From the human T2T-CHM13v2.0 reference genome, Homo sapiens, in NCBI RefSeq assembly GCF_009914755.1, contig NC_060930.1: DNA of 64,000 bases; one strand, 5' to 3'. The notes beneath the pieces were generated by a model. The model saw nothing but the letters and a program-made list of their open reading frames with translations. It had not been told where the DNA came from and ran no database searches. Position numbers and translations under genes: made by a program. Shown in pieces: positions 1 to 13,245 of the stretch (within the stretch, counting starts at the first letter, position 1; each line of letters starts with the position of its first letter).

Positions 1-292
1 AAAGGAAGGAAAGGTGCAACTTATGAATTATTTCCTGTACCTTACATCAGTCACTTGTGCTTTTTGTCACCTCATTTAGTTGGAGAAAACAGTAGAACAA
101 GTAATATCCTATTTTCCTTCTTCACTTTTCACAGACCAACAAGAATCAAGAAACCTAGGGAGTATTATACTGCTTCCACAGAGAGAATGCAGAATCTGTG
201 ATCTCACTGCTAATGAGAAAGCTTCTTGTTGGTTTCCACTGGCCCTGCTATCAACTCACTGCTATCAGTCTATCTGGCTCTAATGATGGCAG

Positions 293-510
293 TCAACATT
301 TATTGAATGTTAGCTTTGCACAGGCATTGTGCTATATACTCTTTTCTTCCCTTTGTAAGCTGCTCCCAAAGTAGACATCATTATTATTCCCATTTTAACC
401 TCATTTTACAGATGAGAAAAATCACTTCAGGAGATGTCATTTACCTACGTAATGTCACAGATCAAGTAAGTTAATAGCATTGAGACTGTAGAGTCTAGGA
501 GCTTCTATAT
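293..510 (-). mobile_element. MIR SINE fragment
   Basis: Reverse-complement MIR hallmarks: caacatttattgaatg...caggcattgtgcta, cccatttt...cattttacagatgag, gtcacag. Confidence 0.7.
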
Positions 511-525
511 CCAAGACGTTCTTAC

Positions 526-751
526 CTGCCAGAAGGTCCTGTCCATTGGCCCCATTAAACTGTTTCTATAACTTCACATCATATCTGGTTTCAATTCTCT
601 AAAACTTGTTTAAAGGTGATATCAATGACAACGGTGGGGCAATTTTGTGAGCACTGTATCCATCAACCCTATGCTTTGTTCACTCCTAGCTTCCTGCTTC
701 CTCCTTTTCAAATGGTACTTTACTAGCAGGCTCTTTCAGACTTTCACATAC
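526..751 (-). other. Candidate spliced non-coding exon (226 nt)
   Basis: Minus strand: acceptor ttgtttgcctttccttctcttccaccAG at 753-752, donor CAG|GTAAGA at 525-524; stop codons in all three frames. Confidence 0.4.
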
Positions 752-1474
752 CTGGTGGAAGAGAAGGAAAGGCAAACAATCTCTATTTCCTTTACTGGAG
801 CTCAGAAAAGAAAAGTAGAAAATCAGTAATAAAAGAAAAATGTAGTCAAGTTTGTATCCTGATATTCCCACTTTTCATGCTGTCTATTCTGAATTACATT
901 TTCCTAGGATGGCAGCAATATTAATAACTTAAACAAAGTCACAGATAAGGTTACAGGGAAAGAGAGAGACAGGAATAGGATGCAGTAGGCCCAATCTTTC
1001 ATACTCTCAGCTGTAAGAACATTCCAGAAAAAGAAAAAAAGTCCATTATCTATAAACCATTATTCTTATTATAATCCATATTTATAAGGCTATAAGCTTC
1101 TGCAAATTATTTGAATTGGGGTCATTAGTTATCATTTTTAAAATTAAATTTGAATATAAATTGGGATATTCAAATTTCCTAGCTAACCTAAAGTTAAACA
1201 AAGGGAAATAAATTTTAGATGACTCAATTTTCTGTTTGATCCATTTGTCTTAATCCTGGAGAAGAACCATGACCTAGAAAACTAGAATCAACTTGTGACA
1301 TTAACTGAAAGGAGGGAGAATGAATACCTCCCTTAATTCAATAATTTTTCATATTCATTTTAAATTAGTATCTTGAGATGTTTCAGAATAGGAAGTATAA
1401 AATGCATAAAATTATTATCTGAATCTAATTATTCCCATACTGTGGATGAGAAGGCCTATTAGAAGGGCATATGA

Positions 1475-1863
<389 letters not shown>

Positions 1864-2540
1864 TGACGGCTAGAAAGAAGTGTCAATAGCTTTGAGTGGT
1901 ACCAACTGTCTACATAGCAGTGCAGTTTCTAATCCTGGACAAAGTTTATTCTTACCTAAACATGAACCTAACTTTTTCTTTAATATAATAATTTGTTCTC
2001 AGAATAATAGCTCTTGATAACTGCCTGCCTGTTTTCTACTATCAAGGCTAAGGCCTGTATGAAGCTACCCATAAGTGAATGAGTCAAGTGCAATTCAATT
2101 TATCTCTTTTCACAGGTCACCAAGTGCTCTTACAAACAATGAAAGAAGAATAAAAGTTCATATATGTATGTATTTTTATTTTTAGCATTGAATATAATTA
2201 TACAAGAAACATTTAAAAAATGATGGATTCTAATTACAGATATTTTCATTACTTGAAGGAGAAATAATGTAATAGTTACAGACAAGTGTCCTAGTCCAGA
2301 AATCCATGGAATCATAGACAATTAGAGCTGTATGGGACCACAGGGATTATCTTCTGTCAACCCCTAATTTCATGGATAAGTCAGTGAGAGACAGGGGAAG
2401 TAAAAGAACATGGGTAGGGTAAAAAATTTTACAGGAAGGATTAAAATGATAATCTCTTGGCTACAAAGCAGTGCTGCTTTCATTATACTACCTTTTTTAA
2501 CTTCTTCAAGAATGCCATTCTGGTAATGCCTTAGTCTAAA

Positions 2541-3648
2541 TTACATAGGATTCTTTCAGGTGGTGCTTCACCAGCTGGAGACCTCCGTGACCAGGGGTGC
2601 CTCTGCTAGAGTTTCGCTCATGACCACCCAATCTGACCAGCAGGCTGTGCTCAGCTCCAGGCTCGCTGGCCCAGATCTCACATCCACCACAGACAACCCT
2701 GGCGTGGAGCAGTGAGGGGTGTGAGAGTGATTCAGTGCAGGGTTCAGCCATGGTGCCCAGCCAGTTGTGCCAACTGCTGTGGTGGTGTGGCTGCTCCAGT
2801 CACCAGCTCTGTGCAAGTCTGGCTGAACCAGGTGTACTGCAAAGCAGCTTCTGCTTTAGGCGCCAGCATCTAAACGAGGGGAATGCGGTGGAACCCAAAA
2901 AACTGAGATATGCCAGCCACCCCAGAGCCCCAAAGAGGGTGTTACAGCGTGTTACAGTTCTAGCTAGGGCAGTCCCGAGGTCTGGGCCCCAGAAGGGCTG
3001 CAGCTCGTTCATGTTGCAGTTCGTTCGTTCCTGCCATCCACAGCCTTTCTTTGGCAAACAGGGGCATGTTCCAGCTTGTTCGATCCCATTGCCCCACTAG
3101 GCCTGCAGCACCTGGGCTGGCCAAGAGCCACCGCCACTTCCTGTCTTGTGGGGCAGCCACCTGTTGCCAACAGAGTACGGGAGGACTACAGCTTTACAGC
3201 TTCTTTCACACTGGCTGTTTGGTGAGTCCCAGGATTTTGTCCCATGTCCAGAAGAATGAGGTTACATGGAAAACTGGAGGGTGAGCAAGGTGGAGAAGAG
3301 TTTTATTGAGTGACAGAAGAGCTCAATAAATTGTGAGTAGCCCCGACCTGAAATTGGGTAGTCTCAAAGTGTGGCTGAGTCTGGGGATCATATAGGCTCA
3401 GAATGAAGAAAGTGCGGGCTGTAGGTAACCTTGGAAAAGGCAACATTCAATTGGTTAAAAAGCATTGTTCAGAAAGAACCAATCAGGAAAGAGTGGGCAA
3501 ACAGGAATAGAAGTTCTCACTCTGGTTGCAGACTCCATCTGGAACTGGCAGCCTGGTTTTAAGGCTTCAGGCTGTTTTTGGCTTGAAGGTTTGGTTTCAC
3601 CGGGGACCTGCCCCTATCTGCCTAGGAATTTGCCTCCTTCTACTATTA
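2541..3648 (-). mobile_element. ERV1 solo LTR of the MER52/LTR1 group
   Basis: Minus strand starts taatagtagaaggaggcaaattcctaggcagataggggcaggtccccggtgaaacc and ends cctgaaagaatcctatgtaa; GC-rich body; imperfect 4-bp TSD taaa/tgaa. Confidence 0.8.
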
Positions 3649-3809
3649 TGAACAATAGCAAACGATTTTCTTGAAATATTTGAAAGACTCCTGAAGGAAG
3701 GAATAGATTTGAAGTACCCTTGCCATGTCTAAAGCAAAGAAATTAAGAAAACATTACGTGTGAATGTGTGTGTGTGCGTATATATACATATATATAAAAA
3801 TAATTTTAA

Positions 3810-5460
3810 TCAAATAAATATGCTAATGACATGGAAACAGAAAGACAACTCAGTGGAACAGAATCCAGAAATAGGTCTTTCTATATATGCTAATTTAATA
3901 AATGGTAAGAATGGCATTTTAATTTGGGGAAAAAGATAGATTACAGGACAAGTAGTCATATTCCTATGAAGAAGAAAATATATGTGGGACCCTGAACCTG
4001 TTAGGATTGCTTTCAATTTTAAGTGACAAAAACTTTGTAATATAGTAGCCTAAACATAGGAAGGTTTGTATTTTCATGTAAGTCTAATGGAGTGTGATTC
4101 AGCCCAGCCAACTGCTCAATGACACAGTCCGCTTTCTATCTTTCTGCTCCATCGTCTTCAGTGTGTGATTTTCATTCTCATCACTGCAAGATTGATGGAA
4201 AAACTGAAGCCATAATGTCCATATTTCATTCATAAAGAAGAGAAAAGATTGTAGGGAAAGGGAGTCTCATGAGCCTTTTCCTTTGTTTTTAACAGGATTT
4301 TGTTTTTACTTAGAAAAGGATGTTTGCCCTATAACCCAACCAGGGTTAGATGACCTCAAAACTGCAAAGAAGTCGGAGATCTCATGTGTTAGTTTCTACC
4401 CTTGTTAACAGAAAAATACCAGGAGGGCAGGGTTTGGGGCAATTGTAGAATAAGCCAACCCACAGAATCTGCCACATATAAAAAAACAAGCTAGGTGTAT
4501 TAAGGCATTAAATGTAATATAAGCTAAAATAAAAGCTTATAAAAATGTAGGATATTACAAGCCCATTAAGGATCTGGTAACACATTCTTACATAAGACTG
4601 GAAAATTGTATACAATAAAGGGGAAAAAATTGCTTAACAATATATTTTATTTACAAAAGAACCACAAGCAGACTTAAGTGAGTAAAATATTCAGAAAAAA
4701 ATTCTGTTATGCAGGTAGTAAGCATAGACACATGTACCAACACACGTGTGTGAATACACACATGCATGTGCACACATACACAACACACAGAGAATTTTTA
4801 TAAATTTACAACAAAGATAAAAAGCCCAAATGAATAAATAGGCAAAGTATATTCATTGAATAATTCCTGGAACAATAAATTGAAAGAGCAAAATGACATA
4901 AAAAGATGTTCAGTTTCCCTAGTCATTGGCAAAATGCAAATTAGATTAAAATTAAATTATTACTTTACATTTATTAGACTTGAAAACATTTTCTAAAGAG
5001 AGAGAGAGAAATATATCTCCTATCATGAGAACCCTGGAAAATAATACATTTTTCCTCTGGTGGTAGAAATGTCAAGTTTTACAACCTTTTCAGAAAGCAA
5101 TCTGGCAGCATCCTTTAAAATCCAAAGAAATAGCCTTCCTAGGAACCTATCCCATAAAAATAAAGGTGGTAGTATACAAAGATATAACTACAAAATTATT
5201 AATGGCAACATTGTTCTCAGTGGCAACAAACTGGGGAAAGTTTAATATCAATCAATAGGAAAATGGTTGGTTAAATATGTAGCTCACTATAAAAAAATTA
5301 AAATTTTTTAAATTTAACTAGAAGGATTTCTATAATTTTTTCACTGAGAAAAAAAATTTCACAAAAAACAAATATGATCATCTCATTTTGAAAAATAACA
5401 AATATATAAAGAGATAGATGATTGATTGATAGATAGGCATTTATGTATGTTCATGCATAT
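3810..5460 (+). mobile_element. Old L1M (L1MC/ME-type) ORF2 end and 3' fragments, interrupted by MLT1
   Basis: cagtggaacagaatccagaaatag, aaaagatgttcagtttccctagtcattggcaaaatgcaaatt, gaaagcaatctggcagcatc resemble decayed L1 3' consensus. Confidence 0.7.
3999..4475 (-). mobile_element. MLT1 (MaLR) solo LTR, old (J/K-like)
   Basis: Minus strand begins tgtggcagattctgtgggttggctta; other end tgttaggattgctttca..taagtgacaaaaa is typical of MLT1. Confidence 0.65.
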
Positions 5461-5473
5461 GTTTCCATGTGAT

Positions 5474-6118
5474 TGAAACCAAAGGGTTAATTTGATCAGA
5501 TCTGCCTGCCCTGCTTGCTTCTGGTTGCTTGATTGTGTAATTCTTTTGTTTCCTTTTTCATGAAGCTAAAGGCCATGGTAGCTGATGACTTCCCCACTGA
5601 ATGCTGAAATTTTACCTTCACTGGCTACTTTTATAGACAGCATTCATAGGTCACCACAGTAATAGTTGATCAAGCTGTTTTTCAGGAACTTGGGCCAGCT
5701 CCTATCCAGTTCAAATTGGTTGGACCACCTACCGTTCAACTAGGGTGGTGCAAGTGCTGGAGAGGTGGCCTTTTGTTGTCAGGGGGCCCAAAATTCCACC
5801 CTCATATCACACTAACGCTGCCATTTTCTATACATGTGTCCTATAAAATGCTGCAAACCCAAACTACACTTGGTCAGAATGAACCAATTACTTCATTTCT
5901 CCGTACTGCCAATCACTTTTCCTCACGCATTAGACCACTCCATTTCTCTAACACATAAATATCCCTCAACCTATCTTCAAGGAGGTGGATTTGAAAGCAT
6001 TTTCCCACCTCCTTGCTTGGTGGACTTGTGAATAAATCTTTTCTCTTTTGCAAAACCCACGTCACGGTGATTGAATTATTGCACAGGGGTAGAACAGACC
6101 TGGACCTGACCAATAACA
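5474..6118 (+). mobile_element. ERV1 (MER4-group) solo LTR
   Basis: TG...CA termini (tgaaacc...aataaca), perfect 4-bp TSD tgat (5470-5473, 6119-6122), aataaatcttttctcttttgcaaaaccc polyA region; subfamily not resolved. Confidence 0.8.
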
Positions 6119-6463
6119 TGATTACATTAAAATGAGAAAAAAATGTAGGAATATACGCTGCATTGTTAACATAAGTGACAGCGTTGGAGAGTTGGAGGAA
6201 GGGTGGGAGGAGATGGAGCATAAGGAGCCAAGCAAAAAAGAAAAAGGAAAAAGTGCACCAATAACAATATCACAACAGGTAAAACCTGCTACTAATTGTG
6301 CATTCATATAAAATTACATTTGTTCATACAAATATTTGTAGAAACATTTAAGTAAAAACAGCAACATGGCCACTTTGGTATAGAATAATGGTTGTGACCA
6401 CGCTTGGAATATTGTGTGTGGTTCCAGGCAAATGTCAGAGACAATTTAGAAAATGGAAGAGAA

Positions 6464-6480
6464 GAGACTCTGTCTCAAAA

Positions 6481-6516
<36 letters not shown>
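6464..6516 (+). mobile_element. Extremely 5'-truncated Alu (13 nt plus A-tail)
   Basis: gagactctgtctc + A21 + (gaaaa)n between agaaaatggaagagaa (6448-6463) and agaaaatgcaagagaa (6517-6532). Confidence 0.85.
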
Positions 6517-6517
<1 letters not shown>

Positions 6518-6865
6518 GAAAATGCAAGAGAATTAGTAGAGCAACTCAAGCCATCAGTGAGTGGAGAAGCTTCAATTTGAAAAGTCTAGGAAAGTAAAGA
6601 TGAAGATGGACAAGCTTCCTCCTTTTCTCTTCAACAAGCTTCATAGTCTCTTCCCCCTCAAATTCAACATATGACTTTACTACCTGTTCAACAGAAAAAG
6701 GAAATCAATAGACTAAAATTCCTCAACTTCCCACTGTTGTGCCTATACAGTTGAACCTGTCTGCTTCCACACGTTCCTCCTTCTTGCCTCCTAACTGTAG
6801 TTAAGCCCTCATTTCAGGATCTGGGATTCGATACACAGCCCTCTTCTCAGAAAAGGCCTCCTATT

Positions 6866-7237
<372 letters not shown>

Positions 7238-7269
7238 TTATTATGTGCTAAATATAAATCTTTTATTTT

Positions 7270-8925
7270 AAAAAAATTATTACAGGTCTGGGCTGGAAAG
7301 TGCAGAAAATGTGTCTATAACATTTTACAAGTCTCAAAACAAGAGTCATCAAAGACTCCTGAGGCTTTTGTCAGAATGACTCAGTAACTTAAAGTGCTTT
7401 ATATGAGTCAGGCGTGGTACAATTTGAGAATCAGTAGGAATAACCACTGCAATGGATAAAATTTGTCAAATAATTTTTAATTATTGTGCTCACAATGATC
7501 ATTTTATAAAAACAAAAATTAAAAATGCTCTGGTCATCTTTCAAAGATGTCTGGCAATTAACTCATAATTGTGACAACAGTTAATAAAAGAAACTAATCA
7601 AACATTTATCTTCTGTACAAATTGTACTTAAGAGTAACTAAATAGTTAATGAGAGAAAGCCTTTCTTTATAGACTTACTCCAGCTAATGATTGAAAATGG
7701 AAATACAGAATTGGAATATTACATTTTGAAGCTGTTTATGAATTAACAAATCTAGGAAATGATTCTTAATCACTACTAATTTCCCAATAATATAGACAAC
7801 CAGACACTTTGTGCCTTCAGATGAAAGAACGAACCACTGTCTATACAGCAGTCTTCAAAAAAATGGAACTACACTAAAATCAAGATTATAGATTTAAATA
7901 CCAATTTACAGAAAATATGAAGGATATAGGAACACATTATACAGTACTGTTCAGCAACCAGTAAAATTCAAACCACAACAAACGCTGCAGGGCAAATGAT
8001 CCAATTCTTTGAATAAATCAATATAAAGGAAAAAAGTGGGTAGGAAAGAGGAAACCTATACTGTAGTTTAAAAGAGATTGTGAGATACGACATTCAATCA
8101 CAATGAATTGATTTCAATTATTTCAATCCTGAATTGAATAACAGTAACCTTCCTAGTCCAGACCTAGGACTTCTCTTTGCATTTTGTATCAACGATGGAG
8201 GTTTTTCAAGGAATATACTCCTAACCCTCCCATCAGTCTGAAATCAGAATCTTATCTCAGGGCATTATCATACTCTCTTCTTTGCTTAAAACTATTTTCA
8301 ATTTTCCCTCCTACTCTTCCTATACCTTACTTAGAGGCTTATTAAATACTCATATTGCTTATTCAATTATATTTTTCATTAAATGTGTATGAATTCTCTG
8401 AAACCAGGAACCTTCTCTATCTTCTGTGTTGCAGAACCTGAGCTCCTAGCAGTACTACCTATCATGGAACAATATCCAAAAATATTTGTCAAATGAATTG
8501 TTTGACAATTTGTTGGCCCTGGACAGAAGTGACTTTTCCTGTGTTTGTGTTGTATTTCAATCCTGAATTGAATAAATTAATGGTAAAAATATCTATGGAA
8601 CAACAGTAAAAATTTATATACTAACTAGGTATTTAGTAATGCTAAAGATTATTGTTAATTTGTAACTAGGATAATGGTATTGTGATTAGTTTAAAAAGAA
8701 GATTTATTTCTTAAGGATACATGTTAAAATATATGTTGACAAATTTGCGTGGTATTTAGGATTTGCTGCAAAATAATATGGAGGAAGAGAGGAATTGGTT
8801 TGGGTACAAGTGAAACAAAATCAGAAACTTGATAACTGTTTAAGCTGAATGATGAATATGTGGAGTTTATTATGTTGTTTTCTCCTTCTTGGTTTATAGT
8901 TGAAATTTTCCATATTGTATTTTTT
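7270..8925 (+). mobile_element. L1MC4/5-type 3' end, interrupted by a templated insertion at 8142-8552
   Basis: gtcagaatgactcag...gagtcaggc, ctgtacaaattgtact, ggataatggtattgtgatt, ggatttgctgcaaaataat, gtttgaaattttccat-like motifs of the L1MC 3'UTR. Confidence 0.75.
8142..8552 (+). repeat. Local direct copy of 9294-9825, flanked by a 23-bp direct repeat
   Basis: ttcctagtccagac(c/t)taggactt... aligns to 9294 onwards; tatttcaatcctgaattgaataa at 8119-8141 and 8553-8575. Confidence 0.9.
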
Positions 8926-8999
8926 AACAATCTTTCCTTGTTTCCCCTTACATGTTCAGCAAATGTCCTATATCCCTCCCTTTTTTGTCAAAACAAAAT

Positions 9000-9785
9000 T
9001 TCAAATGTTATCCAGACTAATATTATCATTTTCTTACCATCAATCTCTCTTCAAGCCACCATGACCTGGCTTTTACTGTTACTATCACACTTAAACTGCT
9101 GTTTCTAAGCTTAGCAAAGACCTGAGTTTACTGAAATTCAGTGATGGTTTTTAGTCCTTATTATGTTTAACTCTTTTCTTCATTCACTCTTATTCATTCC
9201 CTTCTATCCAACATTTTCTCCCCTTAACTCTGTGACATTCTACTCTCTTGGCTTTTCCCACCTCACATGGAGGGTTCCTTAACTATCGATGACTTCCTAG
9301 TCCAGACTTAGGACTTTTCTTTGCATTCTGTATCAACAATGGAGATTTTTTTCAAGGCATATACTCCTACCACCTCCCATCACTCTTTGAAATCAGAATC
9401 TTACCTCAGGGCATTATAATATTCTTATTTGCTTAAAACTTCATTTCTAATCCTCCTGCCTACCCTTACTACACACCTACACAGGGACTCCTACATACTA
9501 TTCTTGTCCTACTTATGAATCAAAACTTTTTTCCCACAGGAAGTTTCCCTTTGTTTATATTCAATTAAATCTTTGTGCTCTGTTCCAATAAGAGAATATT
9601 ATTTCTCTAGTAGTAAAAATTGTCATGCACAACTTTATTGATTATTAAGTTATCTTTTTCTCTAAAAGATTATGGATTCCTTGAAACCAGCTACCTTCTC
9701 TAACTTATTTGTTGCAGAATTCTGAGCTCCTAGCAGTACCTGTCTTGGAACAGTAACCCAAAACATTTGTCAAATAAGCTGACTC
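9000..9785 (+). mobile_element. L2 LINE fragment including 3' end
   Basis: cttaaactgctgtttctaag...tcagtgatggtttttagtcctta and terminal cctagcagtacctg...aacatttgtcaaataagctga resemble decayed L2. Confidence 0.6.
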
Positions 9786-9944
9786 GTTCTTGGCCTTGTT
9801 GGCCTGAAATGACTTTTCTTGTGTGTCTTTTGTTCTTTGTTCCAGTGTCCATGGAAATTCATTTTTACTTGTATTCAAAACTCCTGGCTCAAACCCAGTA
9901 ATGCTTTAAAGAAAACCAAAAACTTATTTAAATAACAAATTAGG

Positions 9945-10205
9945 GCAATATTTTAAATTGCAGCCATACTCCTACACATTAGGGGTTGTTGGAGTCAATT
10001 TAGAGAATTTTTAAAGAAATAAAATAGAATGTAAAATATCAAGATGTACTGAGCAAAGAGTAAGCATTACTTTTAAATTTTAAAATCAAATGTGTAAATT
10101 TTCACATGTATGTACATGTGTGTATCTGCATGTATGTGTATATTGGATTAAGATCTAAAATGTACCTTCTCTTTTCTGTGAGTCTCAAACAAAATAGTCA
10201 TCCAC
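9945..10205. mobile_element. hAT-Charlie type MITE remnant (Charlie4-like)
   Basis: gtcaatttag...aaatagaatgtaaaatatcaag...taaaatgtaccttct...ctgtgagtctcaaacaaaa with internal TG-rich tract. Confidence 0.4.
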
Positions 10206-11718
10206 TTAGGATTTAAGCAACTAGGGACATTAAAATAAGTGTGATTTCACAGCCAGCAGATATACCCCCAGTGATGGCAAATAACCCCTGCAGAAACAGT
10301 CCTCTCTGAATATGGATTTTAGTGAAAGAGATTGTGTCTAACTAACGTGGTAGAAATAGGTGACATATGCCTTTAAAACCCACCAAGGAAAATTTAACAT
10401 GCAATTTCCTTAAAAGCACTTTGACTCTAAAAAGATGCATTTCTTCCTTGAGGGCAAACTAACTATACAGAAGAGACTGTATGCTAGTCTATGCCTAAAC
10501 GCTAGTAAGGGTGTTCATCATGAATGTTGTCAGACCTTTTCCAGAAAGGAATTTTTACAGTGTTCTGATAAGCTTCTCATAAGTATGTAAAATTTTTCTA
10601 CCCCACTTTCAATACCATCCTAATCATATCTTCCTGTTTCCCCAAAATCATTAATTTAATCCTCTTTTATTTTTTTCACTTCCCAAGCCCCACTTCTATG
10701 TATAGACCTATTGGTCCATGGTTTTTGTTTTCTACTCTGGTCTCATGACTTTCAAATTCTGACGTTATTCTCTCTCAATCATTTGAATCTAATCACTTTA
10801 AAGTCATCTTTCTGGGGTTCCAATCAAACATGGACTGACATCAAAGGACAGATGAAGAGAAAGGACACAAAATCAAATGCCCTGCCCATGGTAACTTTTT
10901 ACTAAGGTTATTCCTTAGTTATTTTTAAGAATGCAAAAGAATCACAAGTAACAAGGAATTGCAAAGTACTCTCACAATTACAAGGTTCGAGTTATTTTTT
11001 CAGCTGTGATAATTAAGCAAATGCTGCCTTCTTACCTGACTCATTAAAATAAGTATTTTGTTGAAAGAAAAATGGTGGTTCATGAAAACCATTTTATTAC
11101 TTTTATTATATTTTATTATATGTTGAAGGGAAAAAAAGTCCCCAACCTAAGAATTGGGTCAAATGTGTATTGCATCTTTGTGGCTTAGGCAAAATCGCTG
11201 GCAATTACCTGTTAAAAATATCACCTTGTTACTTCTTTGGAGCTCTGCTTTTGGCTTCAGCTTGACACTGTTTCAACACTTGACATTTGTTGACCCAATA
11301 AGCAGGAGAAACTGACCTGAATTATTTTTTAGAAGGTCATTTTTTGCAAGCTAAATATAAAAAACAGAGGCAAATGAACTTTAGCTTCTTAACATAGTTA
11401 ATGTCTTAGCACAGAAACTAAACTGTTAATGTTTTGAAAACCTCTAACACAAAAATCAAGGTGAGAAGGCCATGTTTTAAAACCAAAACTTATAAAATTC
11501 ATGATTTAGGTAGAAATTGTTTTTTATGTGAACTATAAAAAGAAGTACCATAACAATCACTCTGCATATGTTTATAGCATATAAACAGGATGTGACTTTT
11601 ATGGAAATCCTAGGACTAATGGAACATGTTCAGTTTGCTACAAGCAACATCTTCAGAAGTGGCAGAATAGTGGCAGGATGAGCCCATTGGGGACAACTAG
11701 TGGTTCCAACAGTCCTAC

Positions 11719-11800
11719 CTCAGATTCTGCATCTGTACAGAGAGCAGACACCAGCTTAAATGACTGTGAAGGTGCTGCTGACATGCCATAACCTTGAAAT
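11719..11800 (-). other. Candidate spliced exon (82 nt)
   Basis: Minus strand: branch-like ttctgat, tgtttgtctcatttcatAG acceptor (11802-11801), donor GAG|GTAGGA (11718-11717); two frames open, neither recognised. Confidence 0.35.
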
Positions 11801-13245
11801 CTATGAAATGAGACAAACATATCAGAAATATATCTATGGTGAAATCACCATTTTGTTTTGTCAAAGGGAAGTTATTTCCTTGGTTTCATATGCTGTTTAT
11901 AACCAGTTTTCATCTTATGGACATATTTTTAAAGCTGCTTTTGCCTTGCTGGCTTCTGACCTGAAGGACTTGCTGCTTTTAAAACAAATTCACAGTTTTT
12001 TTATCCCTGAAACAAATTCTTATTAGAGAGTCCTGTCTTTCATGGGTCAGATTGTCAAACACTCACTGTCCTTTGAAGATACAGGATGCTTTCTTCATAT
12101 TACATGTTGACATCTCTCCAAAGACATCACAAGAAATAACAGAATCACAAAGGATAGACACCTCAAAGAGTTAGTGCAGCATTTCAAGAAATAGAAAGCA
12201 CGTCTAACAAACTGCATAAAGACTGCCATCATGGGCACTAAATGGTCTTCATTCTGTATACTGCATGACATTTAATTTAAACTTCTGATTCAGTAGGAGT
12301 CCAATTAATGATTTCTAATGATATTGTTACCTTTAGAAAATAATTAGTTATATGAAAATTATCAATATTTTGCTTGATGTCTTATAAATAATGCATTTAC
12401 ATATACAACATGATATTTTTCTTGTGGAACTTATGGTCTTCCCTAAGCTTTCTGAGCACCTCGCAGATACATAAAACTATAAATGAGGGTCACATGGCAA
12501 ATTACAAGTTAAAACGTACCTTTAAAAAGTATCTATTTGGCTTAGGTTCCAAGATGGCTGAATAGGAACAGCTCCAGTCTACAGCTCCCAGCATGAGCAA
12601 TGAGGAAGACGGGTGATTTCTGCATTTCCAACTGAGGTACCAGGTTCATCTCACTGGGGCTTGTTAGACAGTGGGGGCCGAAGCAGGGCAAGGCATCGCC
12701 TCACCCGGGAAGCACAAGGAGTCAGGGAATTCCCTTTCCTAGCTAAGAGAAGCGGTAACAGACAGCACCTGGAAAATCGGGTCACTCCCACCCTAATACT
12801 GCACTTTTCCAATGGTGTTAGCAAATGGCACACCAGGAGATTATATCCCGTGCCTGGCTCAGAGGGTCCCACGCCCACAGAGCCTCACTCATTGCTAGCA
12901 CAGCAGTCTGAGATCGAACTGCAAGGCGGCAGCAAGGCTTGGGGAGGGGTGCCAGCCATTGCTGAGGCTTGAGTAGGTAAACAAAGCGGCCAGGAAGCTT
13001 GAGCTGGGTGGAGCCCACCGAAGCTCAAGGGGGCCTGCCTGCCTCTGTAGACTCCACCTCTGGGGGCAGGGCATAGCCAAACAAAAGGCAGCAGAAACCT
13101 CTGCAGACTTAAATGTCCCTGCCTGACAGCTTCGAAGAGAGTAGTGGTCCACCCAGCATGGAGTTTGAGATCTGAGAACAGACAGACTGCCTCCTCAAGT
13201 GGGTCCCTGACCCCCGAGTAGCCTAACTGGGAGGCACCCCCCAAG

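Noticed and set aside
2735-3284. ORFs of 66-121 aa in a GC-rich block, possible CpG island or first exon
   Set aside because: They lie wholly within the MER52/LTR1-group LTR.
11025-11045. Minus-strand donor CAG|GTAAGA (cttacctg)
   Set aside because: No convincing partner acceptor at exon distance; isolated motifs like this are common.
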